DNA of 60,659 nt, counting the filler, from Basidioascus undulatus (taxonomy: Eukaryota): NCBI GenBank assembly GCA_000826855.1. It is 9 parts of 9 records of this genome, joined end to end, with 100 filler letters (N's around TTAATTAATTAA, not from the genome) between each part and the next. Parts side by side here need not be neighbours in the genome. Positions count along the whole stretch, not along the records: positions 47,298 to 53,918 come from JTLS01001699.1; positions 54,019 to 60,659 come from JTLS01001700.1; 7 more parts are not named here. One strand, written 5' to 3'. A model generated the notes under the pieces. The model was not told the DNA's origin, ran no database searches, and worked only from the letters and a program-made list of their open reading frames with translations. The translations under genes and the position numbers were made by a program. Below, piece after piece: positions 50,991-60,659 of the stretch (positions are counted from its first letter, which is position 1; each line of letters begins with the position of its first letter).

Positions 50991-52354
50991 TCATCGACCA
51001 TGCCTTCTCCGCTTCTTCTTCCGGCGACTCCCATCCTCCTTCTCCTTCTCGGTCTGCTCTTGCCCCCGGGCTTCCTCTCCTCCGTCCGCACCGTCCAGCA
51101 CCGTCTTCGCCTCCCCTTCCCCTTCTTGGCCTCTCCGGCTACCATTCGCGTCCCGCCCCTTCCAATACACCTCCAGCGCCCTCCTGAACCCTACCCCAAC
51201 AGCCCAACACAGCGCATGAGCATCTCCCACTCTTCCGCCCGCGCAGAGACCACCAAGCACGCACCTCTCTCCTCCGACGCCGCGAGCTTCTCGACCCTCT
51301 CGAACCCGACCTCCTCCAGCAACACCCGCTCAAAGTCCGCCTCAGGCCGGAGCTTCAGCTCTTTCTGCTTCTCGGCGAGGTACTGCATCCCGTACCCGGC
51401 AGCCCGCATGAGCTCCAAGTCAAGTAGGAAGGGGACGGGGGCATAGAGCGCACGGGGGACAGCTTCGCTGCTTTAGCATATGATGACCACGGCTGGGGCT
51501 CGAGGATGACGCACCCGCCTGGGCGGAGGACAGCGTGTGCGCGCGCGAAGAAGCGGCGCAGGCCGGCATCGCCGTTGTTGAGGTGGATCCACTTCGCGAT
51601 GCTCAGGCTGCGTGACGGGAGTATGAACGTCCCGTCCTGCGCGGTGAGGAAAGAGGAGAGGATACGCACGTAAACACGCAGTCTACGGAGGAGGGGACGA
51701 CCACTGGCTCGTTCGCAAAGTCGCCCCGGCGGAAGGTGACGTTGTTCGGGAAGGTGGACGGTGAAGGCGCAGGGGTTGGGAGGGGTACGAAGCCGAACAT
51801 GCGTGGCCTGCGGTCCCCTCAACCTTCAGTAACATACGCCGGGGGCGGACAGGGGAAAGACGCACATGGACTTGGGAAAGTAGTCCAACTCCTCCTCGTC
51901 CTCGTCAGCGTCCTTCTTCCCCCGCGCGCTCTCCATAGTCCCCCCACCGCTCCGGCCCTCGCTACACCGGCGCTGCAAAGACCAAGCGAGCGCGAGCTGC
52001 TGCCTCGCCTGGCCGACGAGCGTCGGGTCGATATCGACGCCCACCACGCTCCTAGGTTTCCATCGCTGTGCTTTCCAGCCGCCACCCCTCATCAGCGCCC
52101 CTCCTCTCCCCTCCTCATCCACAAGCCCCTCCTTTCCTCTCCGACTCACCAACCTCAACCGTCACGTTCCCCGCGTTGCAGCCCACATCGAGCACGTCCT
52201 TGCCCGCGAGCGAGGGGAGGACCGTCCCTGCGCGCGCGAGCGTCGCGAGCCGGTCGTCCGAATCGAGCTTGTCTTGCCGCCCCGTCCGCTTCTTGTAATA
52301 GCCCAGGTAGTTGCCGTGGATCGGCGGCGCGTCGGGGGCGGGCGCGGGGGGCAT
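50991..52354 (-). CDS. Bin3/MePCE (Bmc1)-family RNA methylphosphate capping methyltransferase
   Basis: [61 protein letters not shown]...[17 protein letters not shown]. Confidence 0.93.
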
Positions 52355-52911
52355 GGTGCAAGAGGGGAGCGAGATGCCTCGGAGAGGCAGCGGAAAGGGA
52401 TGAGGGGAGAAGTCCGGCAGCTGTGGCCCGCCTGCCAACTTCAATATCGCGAACCTGATTACCCTCTCGCGTTTGACCTTTACATTGCTTTCGACAAGCC
52501 TGCTTAAACATGCGACCCGCCTTCTGACGCGCACATTCATCCCGCCACCAGGAACTGCTTAAAGCGACTCGATTGCGACCAGGCAACGGACTCAGACAAC
52601 GGACAGTGGTTAATGCGTGCTAAACTGCGAGTACTGCGACATGTTGGAACAATGCAACGTGTGTGGACGTGATGTGATGTGGGTGTATGAATGTATGCGA
52701 GTCATGTGTGCGTGCATGAAGTGTGCGAGAGAGGGAGAGAAAGAAAAGCGTGAGGAGAGAAATGCGATGGGACTGCGGACAACAAACGAAGGAAGCACAA
52801 TAGATTTAACTATGATGAGCGCGCGGAAGAGGATGGTGATTAAAACCGCAGCGCGGACCAAGTGGGGGGCTAAAGCGGAGGAGCGGTTAAAGAGGAATGC
52901 GAGAGGGCTGC

Positions 52912-53918
52912 TCATGAAGCGTAACGCGCTAGGGCAGGCGAGTACTGCCCCGCGCCGTGGCCGTGGCCTTGCGGCTGGTACGCGAACTGCTGCTGTTGGT
53001 GCTGCAGCGGCTGGGTCCACGCGTACCCAGGTGCGCCAGCATTCGCGAACGGCGACGGGTGGCCGGGCGCGAGGTGCTGGAGCGAGGGGAGCGACAGCGG
53101 GGGGAGCTGCAGCGACTGCTGCTGTGCGTAACCTGACGCGCCGTCCGGAGGCGTCGTCTGCGCGGGCGCGTCGTACGTGGGGACGTAGGACGGGCGCGCG
53201 TTCGGGTCGTGCAGGCGCAGGACGCCTTTGCGCGCGGGCAAGCGCGGCTCGGCTGCGGATGGCGGGACGACCGGCGCGAGGGGCGAGGCGGCGAGGGAGT
53301 AGAAGTAGAGCTGGTTCTATTCGGAGCAAGCAGGTTGAGGTTTCAGTAAGTATCTGAAGCTGGTGGGTCGTTAAAGGGGTTGGAGAGAAGATGTACCTGC
53401 ATCGCCCGCTGTGCCAAGGCAGCATCGTACTGATACGGCTGAACGAGCGACCTCCCCGTCCTCCAGTTGACCTGATCCGTCTTCGTGAGCTGGGACGGGG
53501 ACGGGTATCCCAGGGGCGGGAACGACAAGCGATGCTCGCCCTGGGCGTATGCGGGCGACACGGGCGCGGACGGCGCATACGGCCGGGCCACGTAGTGCAC
53601 CGTCCCATCCGCCGCGGGAGGGGCAAGCTCGAGGCGCTTCGCCGCGGGCTTGTACGGCTGGCGCTCGTGCTCGTACGCGAATGCCTCGGAGGGCGTGCGC
53701 TTGTGGGACGGGCGTGTGGGGGACGGCGCGGTGGGCGGGGGGAGGAGGTGCGGATGCGGGTGCGGGTGCGGAAGGAGGTGGGAGGATGTTGGGCCGACGG
53801 AGGATTGCGGTGCAGGTGGACAGGGCGCAGAGGAGGGGCGGTAGCGAAGGGGAGACAGGCTGCGGGCGCGCGTGTCGGAGGCGAAGCGCGAGGGGGGGAC
53901 GGGGGCGGACGCGGCGGC
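52912..53918 (-). CDS. C-terminal low-complexity region of a protein, possibly a Pcl/Clg1-like cyclin
   Basis: Two-exon open frame rich in P/A/H/Q with LYFYSLAAS...RKGVLRLH...FANAGAPG motifs; family guess from memory, and the cyclin box would lie beyond the contig end. Confidence 0.5.
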
Positions 53919-54747
53919 NNNNNNNNNNNNNNNNNNNNNNNNNNNNNNNNNNNNNNNNNNNNTTAATTAATTAANNNNNNNNNNNNNNNNNNNNNNNNNN
54001 NNNNNNNNNNNNNNNNNNTTCGTGGGAGCGTTGCGCGCACTTGGGATCAGATGGTCTTTTATTGCATACACTAGCATCTCAGTAATTTCCGCGGCTGTAC
54101 AGTGGAGGCGTCAGAGCGAGCGTACGGATGCATCTCAGCCCCGCAGTCTTACCTTGTTTTCAGCTCCCAACAAGTCGCATAGGGTCTCGTAACGTTCCTC
54201 TGCACCTTTACGCGTAATCTTCCTCCTCGGGAGTCTGCAGTCTCGGAAATCTGGCACAGACGAGGGGGCATCCGGCCTGGACAACTGACAGTCTGCCCAA
54301 TCCCTGCAGCTTTCACTCACACCTCTCTCACTCGCCACTGTTTTGCCTCCTCCCTAAATGGACCCTTGAGGTTCTTCGTAATAACCTGAAGCATTCGAGG
54401 TGCCCAGTGCTATAGGAACAGACTACGTCCGCAGGTGTTGATAGCAAGAAGCCCATTGCTGACGGCGCGAAGAAAGATTCGAGAATATGTGATGAAGTTG
54501 AGGAAATGGTCCGCAACGGTCCGACTGGGGTGAATCGATGGGTGGAAGATTAATCTTCAGCCAGACAACGGTCGAGTGTTACCGTGAGAGTTCTAAGTCC
54601 CCATGTGGCATGCGTCCCCTTGGGGCATGTCCCGGATTCCCCCCTCTACCGCCGCGTCCTAGTCTGCGTCCTCATCCTCCTCACTTCGTGTCCTCATTAA
54701 GTCCGCAGCGTCCTCATACTCCCAGTCTTCATTCTGTAATCAAAATC

Positions 54748-55450
54748 ATGACTTCTTCGAACCCGAAGAGCCAGACCGCGCCCAAGGTCTCCGCGCTGTT
54801 CTCCGACTCATCGGCCAGTTTCGCTCTGCGCTCGAAAGACAACAACGTCCTGTTCTAAATCCCCCGCGACGCCCTGCATTTCTCTTCAGCCGTCTTCGGC
54901 AACATGCCCCCCCTGGCTCATCCCGGCGAGGGTCACACCGGTCCGCCCGAAGTCGCCGTCGATGAGAACGAAGAAGAGCTCGAACGTTTCCTGCGACTGA
55001 TCCACCCGGACATGGCCATTCCCCCGTCAACAGCATCGCAGACGCTGAGAGTCTGCTCCGCACCGCCCATAAGTACGCAGCCCAGCGCGGTCGACGTTGC
55101 GGGCCTTACTCTCCGTCTCTTCGTGACCTTGCACAGCGATGCGGGCACCATCGTACGCGCTTACACGACGGTTGCGCAGTATGGAGCAAAAGACGCGCGG
55201 AAGGCGCTGCTGCTCCCGCTCATGCAGAAGTAACAGCTCGCTAGCGTTTCAAAAGGCGGCGGCGCACAGCATGGGCTTTACCGCATTCACCGACTCCGTC
55301 TTCGCTCGTCACAGCGCCCGCAATCAGTCTAGATGTCATTCTGGCGTTTCGATCGCCGGCGCCCAGTTTTGAAGCGAGGAAGGGCAAGGGACGACCTGGC
55401 ATTTCAATCGATGCTCGTGGATTGCTGGGCATGCGGGTGAATGAGTTTCC
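54748..55450 (+). pseudogene. BTB/POZ-domain protein with premature stop
   Basis: FSDSSASFALRSKDNNVLF*IPRDALHFSSAVFGNM...VAVDENEEELERFLRLIHP; in-frame TAA at 54856-54858; downstream part degenerate. Confidence 0.7.
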
Positions 55451-55539
55451 CTGAAATTTTGTATACACGATGTGCAAAGAAAGCGTGAGACCTCGAGAGA
55501 GACAGGTTGACCAGCGGGGACAGTCTACCAGCCCTATGT

Positions 55540-58500
55540 CTACAACTTTGCCCTCACCCCCTCCCTCGCTCGCCGCTGTTTTGCTTCCTCTTTCAACGGG
55601 GCCTTAAGGACCTTCATAGCCGCATTCCGCTCCTGCAATGCAACAAGTCAGCCCCACTACCTCTCTATGTCAACGCTGTCAGGACAAACGCACCAGTGGT
55701 TCACTGCGGACCACGACCATCCCGGGGATCATGTGCTTGGGGAGGACGCGCCGCGCGTGCAATACGACAGACTCGGGCGTACACTGGGCTTCGTACCCGG
55801 CGCGAGGGACCACAAAGACAGCGACCTCTTCACCGAGCAATGGGTGCGGGACGGGTACTGCGGCGGCTTCCAGGACGTGCGGGTTTTGGAATAGGCCGTT
55901 CTCACTGTGGCTTGGGATCAGTACTTGGCTTGGGATCGGATAGGGAAGGAACTGTAGAGCTTACACCGTAGAGGAGTCGATGTTCTCACCACCACGGATG
56001 ATCATGTCTGGGTGAGTGGAACGACGGCGTGAGCGCTGCATCTGACAACAGCTATTGCAGCAAAGTGGAAATGCACCTTTCGTCCGGTCTTCAAAGCGCA
56101 TCGCCGTAGGTCAGAATTCCTCTGAATGGCGGTTAAAGCTGGGTTTCTCACCGGTAACGTAGATGAAGCCGTCCTTGTCCTTGTATCCGGTGTCGCCGCT
56201 GCGTGCGACACGTTAGCTGTTCGCATGCGCAGAGCCGCAGAGAGAATCACACCTCATCAGGTATCCGTCCTTAGTCATAGCCTGATTAAAGCCGCACAGT
56301 GTCAGCTCGAGCTCATAGTCTCAATGGAAACTGGTGAAATGCATGCCATACAGACCTTGGCAGTCGCCTCCGGGTCGTTGTAATAGCACTTCATCATCCC
56401 AAGTCCTCTGAAGCAGATCTTCGACGGCGACCTCCGGTTAGCCGAGCACCGGCAAGATGGGACAGCCCGTTATATGTACCTGGCCTCGCATGCCGTCCGG
56501 AACCTCCCGGCCATCATCGTCTATGATGATCACGTCAAAGACAGGCGTCGGGTATCCGCTTGAACTGTAACGCCCATCCATCTCGTCAGGCCGTTGCGCG
56601 TCATGATTGCTGTGAGTTGTGGACGTACGTCGGGCGCCCAATCTGGTCCAGTCCACCGATCATGGTCGCGTATCCAACTTCAGTCATGCCGTCTGACGAA
56701 AGCGAAAGGAGGTGAGCTGTGTGTTTTCCCGGAGCACGAAACAAGCTTACAGGTTTGAACACTGCGAGAAGACGTATGAGCATCATAGCTTTGAAAAAGT
56801 AGTGTGAGGCACGCACGAAGAAATCCCCGGCAACTCTTTGGCGATCCTCCCAATCAGCGGCGCGGGGATCAGAGTCGCGCCCATGGTTAGGCTCTTCAGC
56901 TTGCCGGGCTGGCCTTTCAGCCGGTCGAGGGTCTGTACGAGCATCAGCGGCACTGCGATCCGTGAGGCTGGAAGATCAGTTCCGCTGCCCAGTGCGGACG
57001 GGACATAGAAAGGGACACCGCACCTCCCCCCATCGTGGTGATGTTCTCCGTCTGTAGAAGGCGGAGAGCTGGCTCGGAGGACCATTTGCGCATCAGGACG
57101 AGCTGTCCGAGAGGTCGAGTATTAGCTTGCTGTTAGTTGTGGAGGAAGGGCTGCACCACCTTGCCGCCGCTCATCATGAGCCCCAAAGCGCCGTGCTGCA
57201 GAACAAGCGCTCAGCAGACGTCGCGAAACGGAAGGCGTGCGCCGACACGACTTGTGCTTACAAGTCCGGCGATATGAAACATGGGTCTGTATAAAAGTTT
57301 CTTCAGCAATGATATGCTCGCATGTAGTTTTGAAGAATCTCACCTAGCCGTCAGGTTGCACACCTGCGGCGCCTTCAACCCGTCCAGCTCAGGCAGCGGG
57401 TCACCGCGGCGCAAGGCTATGCGGCAGCTGGCTGCAGGGCGAGAGAACACACGGAAAGTCAGAAGGCAGCTCTGAAAAGAAGGCAGTGAGAAATTTGATG
57501 CTCACTGAAGAGCATGTTCATCGGACTCGCGAGGATAGCGATTTGCGAGTTGAGCACCGCTTTGGGGAGGCCACTTGTCTGCCGCATCGCACCCATCAGC
57601 GTCAGAGTACGGTGGAGTAATAGGACAAAGGGACTCACTCCGGAGGTCTGCAAATTATGCCCGGTTAGTTGAATCTATAGGACAGATGCTCAGAAAGGCT
57701 CGACGCACAAAAAGCATCGTGCAATCGTCCTCCTCCCGAATCTCTCTCTCCGGCCGGGGCAGCTCCACCCTCCCCCCATCCGTCCTCTCACTTCGCCACC
57801 TCCCCTCAACCTCATCCCACCACTCCACACCCCCCACCTCCAGCCCCTCCCGCCTCTCCCCCTCACGGACCCCAAGCCACCTCCCAACTCTGCCGAGGGC
57901 CGCGCGCTCGGACGCCGCAAGAATCCCGACCGTCTCGTAGTCGAGCACGACGAGCTTCGCATCTGAGATGCGGATGCAGTGCGCCAGCTGTGTCGCGCTG
58001 AGGAGGGGGGAGGGCGTGGAGAGGGTCAGGCCGAGGGACTGGGTCGCCCTGCAGTCAATGTGTTAGGTTAGACCGGGTTGGGGAGGAAAAATGGTGGAGG
58101 TAAGGAGGCTGGACGCGCCAGAAGAGTATGACCCATTCTTCGCTGTTGCGCGTGGCGATGGCGACCACTGCATGGAAGACAGTTAAGGATGCGAGGAGGC
58201 CAGCGAGGTGAGGAGGTGCCGCGTACCATCGCCTTGCGCGAGCTTGTAGTTGCCGCGGAGGATGTGTGCCCACGCTTTAGCGGAAAATCCAGTCAATCAT
58301 TCCATACCTTTCGAGTATTTCATACACTCACCAGCAACGCGCTGATGTAGCTCGGCAAAAGTGTGTCGCTTCTTGTCGAAGACCAACGCACTTAAATCCA
58401 CTCGGAGTCATCAGCCTGGGTGCTACGGAAGAGCATAGCAACTTGATCAACCTACGTCCTGTCCGCATATTTCTGAAGGTTTTCTTCAGCCGGGCAAGCT

Positions 58501-58814
58501 CTCTGTTGTGGAGGGTAAGGGAATTGCGGCCCACCTTGCAGCCGACCTCGAAGATTTCGCGGCACGTCCGAGGCATGTTCTTGTACACTGAAAAACCGAC
58601 CATCTTAGCAAGCCCGGAGTTCAGTGGAACTGTCGATAATCACCTCTCTGTAAGAATACTTCAGATCAGCAGCTATGCCATGCGAGGATACCGAAAGAAG
58701 ACGAACAAAGAGTCTGCCCCCAACAAATCGCCTCTCCAGCTCGAACGGCGCCCCAGGTGCTGTGAGCCGGGCATCGATATCGTCGTACCAGCGTTTGGGA
58801 GGGAGAAGAGTCAT
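55540..58814 (-). CDS. Peroxisomal acyl-CoA synthetase (AMP-binding family), many short exons, PTS1 -AKL
   Basis: [125 protein letters not shown]...RAKL*. Confidence 0.92.
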
Positions 58815-59358
58815 TCTGAAGGGCTTTGGTCAAGATGTAAGGGTGGTTGGAGGGGGATGGGGAGAAGGTCGTATGGGGGGAGTAGACCGTCTGTTGCCGG
58901 CCAAGTCGGGAGCCGGGCCGGGGCGGCAACCCGGTCAGGTCGATCGACGGTCGCTTCGCTGACCATGGCTGTCGGCAATGCGAGGACTTGTCCAAAATTG
59001 GTATTGTAAATGGAGTAGGACGTTGATGACTGGAATGAAGGCGGCAAGGAGAACGGTGCAGCGGGTCGCGCAGTCTGGCTGGCACTGGCATCCGTCACGA
59101 TCGAGTTACAGACTCACGACCGCCTCCCATGGCTCCAGCGGGATATAAGTGCCCCCAGAAATCTAGTCAATCAATTTCAACGCAACCCTAGGTCGCAGAA
59201 GGAGTGCGGAAAGTGGGTGGGTGGATTCCTTCGATCGAAGGCAGATTTCATTTGTCAGCAACTCTCACAAACTTCTCTAGCTGCTCAGGTCTGCCGCCTG
59301 GACGCGTCCTGCCCTTGTTCGCAGCCCATTTCCATCTCTTCAGCCAAAGTGAACAGTC

Positions 59359-60659
59359 ATGCCGCCCGCCCCAGCCTCCTCCTCATCCAAGCCATCTACC
59401 TCTAAAGCGAGCTCGAATTGGTCCCAGCTCCAGAAGGTGCGCTGATAGCCCTGCCGCTGCTCCGCGTGTCCGTGCTTGCTCCTGACCCTCCCCCTTTGAT
59501 AGACCTTGGGGAAAGATAAGGGCAAGGGGAAGGCGAGGGAGGAGGGTGGGAGGGGAAAGAAGCGCAAGCTGGTGGAGCGCGAGGATGCTGCTTCCGACAG
59601 GTGTGCTACATTCGCTGATGCGATGCGATGTCGCCGCGAGCTGAGCCCTCCCCTTCGCAGTGCCTCCCCCCTCCCCTGGTTCGCCGACTCCCTCTCCACC
59701 TCCGACCAAGCCACCTTCCTGCGCGGCACGTCCTCCTCCGCTCCCACCCCCTCGACCTCAACATCCACAACCCCCCTTCCACCGCTCCTGCCCGCCTCCG
59801 CCCTACCCGCCCCCTCGTCATCCGGCCTCAAAGCCGCCCCCGGCAAGTACCTCGCCCTCGACTGCGAGATGGTGGGCGTCGGCCCGCAGGGCGCAGAGTC
59901 CGTCCTCGCACGTGTGTCGATCGTCAATTTCCATGGCGCGGTGGTGATGGACACGTTCGTTCGCCCGCGCGAGAAGGTGACGGATTATAGGACGTGGGTG
60001 TCGGGCGTTACGGCGAAGGATGTGGAGAAGGGTGAGTCTTTCGAGTGCGGGAATGTGCTGGTGGGGTAGGATAGGAGACTGATGGGCGCTGCGTGGGTTG
60101 GGACAGCACCGCATTTCAAGGAGGTCCAGGCTCAGGTGGCCGAGCTGCTGAAAGACCGGATCCTCGTCGGGCACGCGCTGCACAACGACCTGAAAGTGCG
60201 TCATCCTCCATCTTCATCCCTCCCTCCCTTCCCATCTAACTTCCCTCTTACTTTCACCGCACCAGGCGCTCCTCCTCGTTCACCCGCGGCCCCTAAGCCG
60301 GGATACATCCCTCTACCAGCCCCTCCGCGACCTGGCCAAAACCAAGTTCCCCTCGCTCAAGAAGCTCGCGAAGCTGGTCCTCGGGATCGAAATCCAGAGC
60401 GGTCGGCACTCCTCCGTCGACGACGCGCGCGCGACGATGGAGGTTTATAAGCGGTACCAGGCGCAGTGGGAGGCGGGCGTCGCGCGCTCCGGGAAAGCCA
60501 AGTCTGCAGGCGCGGGGGGGAGGAGGGAGAAGGCGGAGGTGAAGGTGGACGTGGAGAAGGAGAAGGGGAGGGGGAAAGAAGGGACGAAGGTCAAGGCCAA
60601 GGCCAAGGCCGGGTGGTGGGAGGAGGAGGGGGCCGTACCCGCGGGGGCGGGGGAGGCGG
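59359..60659 (+). CDS. REX4: RNA exonuclease 4 (DEDDh), runs off window end
   Basis: N-terminal [22 protein letters not shown]...LARVSIVN...[54 protein letters not shown]. Confidence 0.96.

Noticed and set aside
6682..54018. TTAATTAATTAA palindrome recurring every ~6.7 kb
   Set aside because: Always embedded in N44...N44 and cuts through genes and a tRNA: an artificial linker between similarly sized contigs. The periodicity and any cross-gap gene clusters are not biological.
9172..54858. Stop-codon reassignment or A-to-I correction of in-frame stops
   Set aside because: The stops are of all three types (TGA, TAG, TAA), co-occur with frameshifts, and all three are used as normal terminators in intact genes here.
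55638..55971. Plus-strand ORFs as a separate gene or BTB C-terminus
   Set aside because: They are antisense to the last exons of the acyl-CoA synthetase ([18 protein letters not shown]...).

Overview
Intron-rich, GC-rich eukaryotic DNA, most consistent with a basidiomycete fungus. The window is nine unrelated contigs of about 6.6-6.7 kb joined by artificial 100-bp N44-TTAATTAATTAA-N44 linkers, so adjacency across gaps is not biological. Recognisable genes: PXA/RGS sorting nexin, a short SRP72, PNS1, a NIPA-type Mg transporter, a GH18 chitinase convergent with an atypical AA9 LPMO, MEF2, RRP7, GCV3, a LIM protein, TSR2, HEM12, an APC amino-acid permease, GPI17/PIG-S, a RAE1-like WD40 protein, a GATA factor, a Bin3/MePCE methyltransferase, a peroxisomal acyl-CoA synthetase, REX4 and two tRNA genes. 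Several genes are disabled (F-box/LRR, TauD dioxygenase, BTB, a Gly-rich repeat gene). The most unusual unexplained structure is a degenerate ~171-bp tandem array at about 41,390-42,750 whose units read as a ~126-nt exon-like segment plus a ~45-nt intron-like segment around a conserved AGCTCCGTGG core. All assignments are by eye from motifs; no searches were run, and exon boundaries are approximate unless stated.
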